Under the pieces are notes generated by a model. The model ran no database searches. It was given only the letters and a program-made list of their open reading frames with translations, and was not told where the DNA came from. Both the position numbers and the translations under genes were made by a program. A stretch of 64,000 nucleotides of DNA from a bacterium (lineage in GTDB: Bacteria; UBA8248): the NCBI GenBank assembly GCA_965204535.1, contig OZ241996.1, positions 448,001 through 512,000 on the forward strand, written 5' to 3'. The first letter of the stretch is position 1. The number at the start of each line of letters is the position of its first letter. Positions 58,890 to 64,000 of the stretch are shown here, one piece after another.

Positions 58890-59318
58890 CTAGGGCCGCT
58901 CCCAGTCGGCGACGCCGCCGGGAATGACGCGGAAGAGGGGATGGGGTTCGAGCGAGGCCTCCAAAAGATATTTCTCGTGTAGCTCCGGCGCGCGGGTTTT
59001 CAGCTTTTTCATTAGATGACGCCATTCGAAATCGAGTTGGCCGCTTGTTACCTCCAGTCGCTTCGAGGTGCGGCTGCGGCCTGTCTTGCCTTTATCGAAG
59101 CGGTAACCGCGCTCAATGGATTCCGCGTGCACGGCTCTCAGATATTCGGCGATGAGGGCGGCGGGTCTGGCTCCACCCCGGAACCGCTCCAGTTGGGGAT
59201 GATTGCGGTAGCCCTTCGTCTCGCCCGCCAGGACCGCCTGGGCGAGCAGGGCTTCGCGCCACAGGGCGACGAGGCCTTTGGCGTCGAGATATCTGGGATG
59301 AAGACTCCACAAGCGCAT
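58890..59318 (-). CDS. Pyrimidine dimer DNA glycosylase/endonuclease V family protein
   Basis: MRLWSLHPRYLDAKGLVALWRE..GYRNHPQL. Confidence 0.88.
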   Translation of the reverse strand: MRLWSLHPRYLDAKGLVALWREALLAQAVLAGETKGYRNHPQLERFRGGARPAALIAEYLRAVHAESIERGYRFDKGKTGRSRTSKRLEVTSGQLDFEWRHLMKKLKTRAPELHEKYLLEASLEPHPLFRVIPGGVADWERP

Positions 59319-59369
59319 CGTTCATCACCCGGCAGCGTCGGTATTCGAAAGAACCCCCTTATGCCCCGC

Positions 59370-60170
59370 CTATTTTTCCTTTCTCGGCTTTCCGTTGATG
59401 AACGCTTCGCGGACGTAGCGCACGACCGACCATATCTTTTTATCGTCCAGCAAGTGGCCGTAGGACTGCATGAAGTCGTATTTCTTGATCCCGGTGACGT
59501 CGATGCGGCCGAGCTTGATGAGCCAGAAGAGAAACCCGTCATTGAAGCGCGCCATCTGCTCTCGCAGGTGATAGTTCATCGGCGGCGGCTGGATGTGGCT
59601 GACGAACGGCTTTCCAGGGTCCTGATCCTCCACGGGGCGGGCACCGTTTCCGAGGCCCTTTTCGCCGTGGCACTGGGAGCAGGCGTCGGTGAAGATTTCA
59701 CTGCTTGCCGCATCTTTCGGCTGCTCCCCTTTGCTGAAGCCGCGCACCCACCGGATGAGTTTTCTTATCTGCCCGTCGTCCAGCGCCTCGCCGAACGAGG
59801 GCATGGCGGTGGGGACGCCGTTCGTTATCTGGTGGCCCTTGGTCCGGTTTTTGAGCACGTTCATCTTGCCGAACTTCACGACGGCGAACATGTAGTCGTC
59901 CGTCATGCGCTTCATGTAGGGGCTGATGAACACCTGCGGTCTCGGCCTCACCGTCCGCCAGATCGGCCCCTTGCCGTCGCCCTTGACCCCGTGGCAGGAG
60001 AAACAGATTTCCCCGTAAATTTTCTTGCCCAGCCGGTAGTCCCCGCCGTTTTGCTTCGCCGTCTCGGGTTTGGGAGGGATTCTCTTGGCCGCATGAGAGG
60101 CGGCGGGTGCGATGAGACTCAAAGAGAGAGTAAGAACGAACCACACCCTCTTTTCCCTCAAAAACTTCAT
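59370..60170 (-). CDS. Secreted diheme c-type cytochrome
   Basis: Signal peptide; CFSCHG and CSQCHG with distal Met motifs (AMPSF, FMQSY). Confidence 0.85.
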   Translation of the reverse strand: MKFLREKRVWFVLTLSLSLIAPAASHAAKRIPPKPETAKQNGGDYRLGKKIYGEICFSCHGVKGDGKGPIWRTVRPRPQVFISPYMKRMTDDYMFAVVKFGKMNVLKNRTKGHQITNGVPTAMPSFGEALDDGQIRKLIRWVRGFSKGEQPKDAASSEIFTDACSQCHGEKGLGNGARPVEDQDPGKPFVSHIQPPPMNYHLREQMARFNDGFLFWLIKLGRIDVTGIKKYDFMQSYGHLLDDKKIWSVVRYVREAFINGKPRKEK

Positions 60171-60267
60171 TTCCTGTCCTCTTCCAGCGGTCTCGTCGAT
60201 ACAGGGAGGCTGAGTCTCAAGCGCGGGCGCGTCGGTTGCTCACCCGATTATGCCGGTCAAGCCACCA

Positions 60268-61182
60268 TTATTTCTTCGCGCATGGATTTTTGGCGGCGCG
60301 AGGGTTCTTTGGAGCACAAGGATTCTGGCCCGCGCAGGGGTTTTTCGCTGTAGGCGGATTCCTGGTCGGGGATGAGCTTGGGGGTGCGCACGGGTTCGTG
60401 GCGGCGCATGGATTCGCAGGTTCGCCTAAGTTTCTCGCAATGGGAGAATCCCTGCCGGGATTTTTCGGCTCGCCAGGGTCACTTCCGCCGGGGTTTGCGC
60501 CACCGGCCGCGGGCTGCACCGTCCTCATGAACGCTTTTCGTTTCGCTTCCCAATCGAGCATGCGCTCGTACCGCGCGGGTGTGAGTGAAACCACGTAGGC
60601 TTCCAGGTCCTTGTATTCCTGCGAATAGGGATCCATGCGCGGGTTTCCGATGAACGTCCTGGCGCACCAGTCGTTGAACTGCCCGACGTTCATCACCTGT
60701 CCCGCCGGGCTCAGGCGCGGGAAGTGCTCCGCCGCTCCGATGAGGGGCGGGACGGGAACCGGATGCCTCGCGCCCGTGACGTCCACCACGGTGCCCCGGA
60801 TGGTGCGGCCCCTGGGGTGGCAGCTGACGCAGCCGGTGCTGCGGAAGATTTTCCTGCCCCGGGCGACGGCGTCCTTCACGCTGGCGTCGCGCTTCCGGGT
60901 GGAGAGGGAAGGCGGATGCGTGAAGGTCGGCTCCTTGCTCGCCGTCCGGGCCTCGCCGCCCGCAGGGGAGGTGGATGGTTTGACGATGCGCGGGCTCTTC
61001 TCCACCCTGGCGCAGGCGTTCTTCGGCGCACAGGGGTTGCTGGGGGCGCAGGGATTTTGGGCTGCGCAAGGATTTCCGGCGCACGGGTTCTTGGGTGAGT
61101 CCGCCGCATGGACAGTAAGGACGGCCCATATCGAGACGACAAGGAGGGCGCCGAGAAGGACGAGCCTCGATTTTCTCAGCAT
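60268..61182 (-). CDS. Monoheme cytochrome c (SoxA-like C-terminal pattern) with N- and C-terminal NPC repeats
   Basis: Signal peptide, CVSCHP, FNDWC..DLEAYV; nine NPC plus one NAC tripeptides. Confidence 0.75.
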   Translation of the reverse strand: MLRKSRLVLLGALLVVSIWAVLTVHAADSPKNPCAGNPCAAQNPCAPSNPCAPKNACARVEKSPRIVKPSTSPAGGEARTASKEPTFTHPPSLSTRKRDASVKDAVARGRKIFRSTGCVSCHPRGRTIRGTVVDVTGARHPVPVPPLIGAAEHFPRLSPAGQVMNVGQFNDWCARTFIGNPRMDPYSQEYKDLEAYVVSLTPARYERMLDWEAKRKAFMRTVQPAAGGANPGGSDPGEPKNPGRDSPIARNLGEPANPCAATNPCAPPSSSPTRNPPTAKNPCAGQNPCAPKNPRAAKNPCAKK

Positions 61183-61295
61183 GGTTCTTTCTCCCCTGGG
61201 GTATGGATCCGATGCGATAACCGGAAGGGGAATACCGTCATGGATTCTGCCTCGTGAGGCGGCGGCGCCGGACGCATTATATCAGAGTCTGGAGT

Positions 61296-61718
61296 CTAGG
61301 GGAGCAGCCGCATCCCCAGAACGGCGACGAACAGGGCGATGAAGACGGCCAGAAAGCCGCAGTAGGAGTGGATCTGCCTTAGATCATCTTTACCCGGATT
61401 TTTCCTCAGCTTCCGGCCCATATACGCCGTCGTCCAGAACAGGACGAGCGTCAGGGTGGCGAAATAGCTGTGCGCCGTCTCGTAGAGGGGGCCTTCCAGG
61501 GCGAAGCGCATGCCCCCCAATCCCAGTGCGTACCCCACGGAAAAAAGAGCAATAAACCACCGCCCGAGCCGCATGTGCAGCCGCGCGACCCGCGCGGTCT
61601 CGGGTCCGGCGCCCCCCATGCGCGAGCGCCTCACGCGCAGGCCGTTCGCCAGCGTGACCAGGCCCAGCGAAAGGGTGGCTATCTGAAAAGCCGGGTGAAT
61701 ATACGCCGCCAGATTCAT
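61296..61718 (-). CDS. DUF4079-like membrane protein (cytochrome b561-like His pattern)
   Basis: IHP, ..LH..G, AH, ..IH in about four TM helices. Confidence 0.7.
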   Translation of the reverse strand: MNLAAYIHPAFQIATLSLGLVTLANGLRVRRSRMGGAGPETARVARLHMRLGRWFIALFSVGYALGLGGMRFALEGPLYETAHSYFATLTLVLFWTTAYMGRKLRKNPGKDDLRQIHSYCGFLAVFIALFVAVLGMRLLP

Positions 61719-61856
61719 GCGCTCCGCTCCGGGAAATCTCGTTAAAACGCAGCTTCACTTCCATTCCTGTTTACCTTGCCCGATGAGCAGACGCAAAGCT
61801 ATGATGGAGAAAACATGCACCGGTCCACTGGCCCTGAAACTACAAATGAGGTCACG

Positions 61857-62651
61857 ATGAACATAGAAGACGTGCGCGCCATCGCGCGCGGCAGCAGAGT
61901 GTTCGATTTAGGGGTAGAGCTTTTCCCCGGAATGCCCCACGTGCCGCTCCACGGCCCGTTCGGGTATTCGATGATCAGGGAGCACGGCGACTTCATGTAC
62001 GCGGGCGGGGCGTGCTCGGCGGTGGATACGTTCTTCTGCACCGGCCATACGGGCACGCACATCGACGCGCTCGGCCACGTCGCGCGGGACATGAAGCTCC
62101 ACGGCGGCCTGGACGTAGCCGGGCATCAGAGCAAGACCGGGGGTCTGAAGGCCCACGGGGTCGAGAGTGTCGCGCCCGTGGTGCGGCGCGGCGTGATGAT
62201 CGACATGGCGGCATACCTCAAAAAAGACGTTTTAGAGGCGGGCCGGCCCATAACGAAAGAAGAACTGGGAACCGCCGCCGCAGCCCAGGGCGTCAGGATA
62301 GAAGAGGGCGACGTCGTCCTCGTACGCACGGGCCACATGCGCCACTGGCCGGGCCGGAACTATTATCACCAGAAAGGCGGCGTGCCCGGAATCGACCTCG
62401 AAGCCGCCAAATGGCTCTCGGATCAAGGAATCTTCATGGCGGGGAGCGATAACTTCGCCGTCGAGGTGCTGCCCGCCCCCTCCCTGCCGGTGCACTGCCA
62501 CATGCTGGTGGACTGCGGCATCCATCTACTCGAAGTCGCCGTGCTGGAGGAGTTGAGCAAAGCCCGCGCGCATGAGTTTCTCTTCGTCTGTCTGCCGCTC
62601 AAGGTGCGCGGCGGCACGGGCTCGCCCGTCCGTCCCGTGGCCATCCTGTAA
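61857..62651 (+). CDS. Cyclase (kynurenine formamidase-like) family protein
   Basis: HTGTHIDALGH, GDVVLVRTG, GGTGSPVRPVA. Confidence 0.9.
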   Translation: MNIEDVRAIARGSRVFDLGVELFPGMPHVPLHGPFGYSMIREHGDFMYAGGACSAVDTFFCTGHTGTHIDALGHVARDMKLHGGLDVAGHQSKTGGLKAHGVESVAPVVRRGVMIDMAAYLKKDVLEAGRPITKEELGTAAAAQGVRIEEGDVVLVRTGHMRHWPGRNYYHQKGGVPGIDLEAAKWLSDQGIFMAGSDNFAVEVLPAPSLPVHCHMLVDCGIHLLEVAVLEELSKARAHEFLFVCLPLKVRGGTGSPVRPVAIL

Positions 62652-62680
62652 GCGTCTCTTCCGTTTCCGGTGAGATAGCC

Positions 62681-63928
62681 ATGCCCCGCGTGTTCGAGGA
62701 CAGGGCCAAAGCGCTTCTGAGCGATGCGGGTGTGCGCGTCCCCAAGGGACGCTCCGTAACGACGCCGGAAGAGGCGGCGGAGGCGGCGCGCGCGATAGGC
62801 GCTCCCCTCATGGTGAAGGCCCTGGTTCCCGCCGGAAAGCGCGGCAAGGCGGGGGCGATTCTCGTTGCCGATACGCCAGGTGATGCTGAGGATGCGGCAA
62901 GGAAACTCCTGGGCCGCGTCGTGCATCATTTCCCCGTGAGACGCCTGCTGGTGGAGGAAAGGGTCGCGATTGCGCAGGAGTGGTATCTCTCGGTCGCCTT
63001 CGACAGCGCATCGCGCGGGCCGCTCGTCATGTTCAGCACCGAGGGCGGCGTGGAGATAGAGGCGCTTTTAGAAGATAACCCGGACGCCTTAAAACGGCTC
63101 GAAGTCGATATATTAGACGGCCTGAGCGAGGAGCGGTGCATCTCCTTTTTGCGCGCGATAGGCGTGCACGGGGAGGGCCTCTACCGCGCAGCGATGGCCA
63201 TCGAGGCCTGTTACGCGCTCTTCCGGCGCACCGATGCGCGGCTTCTGGAGGTGAATCCGCTCGTCCTGAGCGATAAGGATGAGGTTATCGCCGCCGCGTG
63301 CGTGCTCGACCTGGACGCGGACGCCCTGTTCCGCCATCCCGAACTGGGAGCGCTGCTTGATGATGATTCAGGCGGCGGCTGGCGTCCGCCCACCCCGGTG
63401 GAGGCGAGGGTCGCCGAGATAGACGCGGGGATCCCTCCATACAACACGGCGCGCTTCACGGAGATCGAAGGCGGGGAAATCGCCCTCATGTGGAGCGGGG
63501 GCGGGGGCGGCCTGTATCTGCTCGACACGATGGCGCGCCTGGGCGGCAGGCCCGCGACGGCGTTCGACATCACGCCCGGCCCGCTGGAGGAGAAGTATTA
63601 CGAGATCACCAAAGAAATCCTCCGTATGCCGAACGTGAAGGGCGCGCTTGCGGGCAGCAACATCACGAGTTTCTCGCGCGTCCAGCTCAAAGTCCGCGCC
63701 ATCGCCCGCGCGGTGGAGGAAACGGGGGTCGATTTGGTGAAATTCCCCTTCATCGTGCGCTTCGCGGGCGCGGGCGGGGAGGAGGCGCGGGAGATCGCCG
63801 CAGGCTGTCTGGGCCTTCAGTATCTGGGCGATGAGGTGACGCTCGAAGAGACCGCCGAGCGCATCGTCGCCCAGGTGGAAGCCGTGAAGCGCGGGGAGCC
63901 GTGGATGAGCGCGGGAGGCGCCCCATGA
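62681..63928 (+). CDS. Succinyl-CoA synthetase beta-like ATP-grasp ligase subunit (divergent)
   Basis: VKALV..GKRGKAG, EWYLSV, GGVEIE, LEVNPL, DALFRHP. Confidence 0.8.
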   Translation: MPRVFEDRAKALLSDAGVRVPKGRSVTTPEEAAEAARAIGAPLMVKALVPAGKRGKAGAILVADTPGDAEDAARKLLGRVVHHFPVRRLLVEERVAIAQEWYLSVAFDSASRGPLVMFSTEGGVEIEALLEDNPDALKRLEVDILDGLSEERCISFLRAIGVHGEGLYRAAMAIEACYALFRRTDARLLEVNPLVLSDKDEVIAAACVLDLDADALFRHPELGALLDDDSGGGWRPPTPVEARVAEIDAGIPPYNTARFTEIEGGEIALMWSGGGGGLYLLDTMARLGGRPATAFDITPGPLEEKYYEITKEILRMPNVKGALAGSNITSFSRVQLKVRAIARAVEETGVDLVKFPFIVRFAGAGGEEAREIAAGCLGLQYLGDEVTLEETAERIVAQVEAVKRGEPWMSAGGAP

Positions 63929-64000
63929 GCATTCTCCTCGATGAGACCACGCGCGTCGTCGTGGCCGGCATCACCGGCTGGCAGGCGCGCGCCCACACAG
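63925..64000 (+). CDS. Succinyl-CoA synthetase alpha-like subunit, 3'-truncated by window edge
   Basis: MSILLDETTRVVVAGITGWQARAHT; ATGA overlap with the beta subunit. Confidence 0.75.
   Translation, partial: MSILLDETTRVVVAGITGWQARAHT

Overview
GC-rich bacterial chromosomal window with about 55 protein-coding genes and one tRNA-Val(TAC). Most genes are catabolic or redox enzymes: hydantoinase/oxoprolinase, amidase, LLM monooxygenase, acyl-CoA dehydrogenase, TPP enzyme, CocE hydrolase and PPOX/F420-type proteins. The window also holds an atypical Tat-exported nitrate-reductase-like (nap) cluster, an MmeI-like Type IIL restriction-modification gene split by one in-frame TAG, and five toxin-antitoxin modules (one decayed). 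Many intergenic spaces are filled with nested REP/MITE-like palindromic elements. Strongest unannotated signals: (1) a 159-bp segment carrying a sigma70 promoter, flanked by inverted dif-like tyrosine-recombinase sites (44650-44840), upstream of and currently pointing away from a TbpB-like surface lipoprotein, i.e. a candidate phase-variable inverton captured OFF; (2) a rhodanese/sulfurtransferase whose catalytic Cys codon is TGA followed by a SECIS-like hairpin (probable selenoprotein); (3) a SoxA-like cytochrome c carrying Asn-Pro-Cys repeat tails; (4) a low-GC, apparently swapped specificity region in the R-M gene; (5) a modular MITE family whose core occurs in both orientations. All product calls come from motif recognition by eye, not from database searches.
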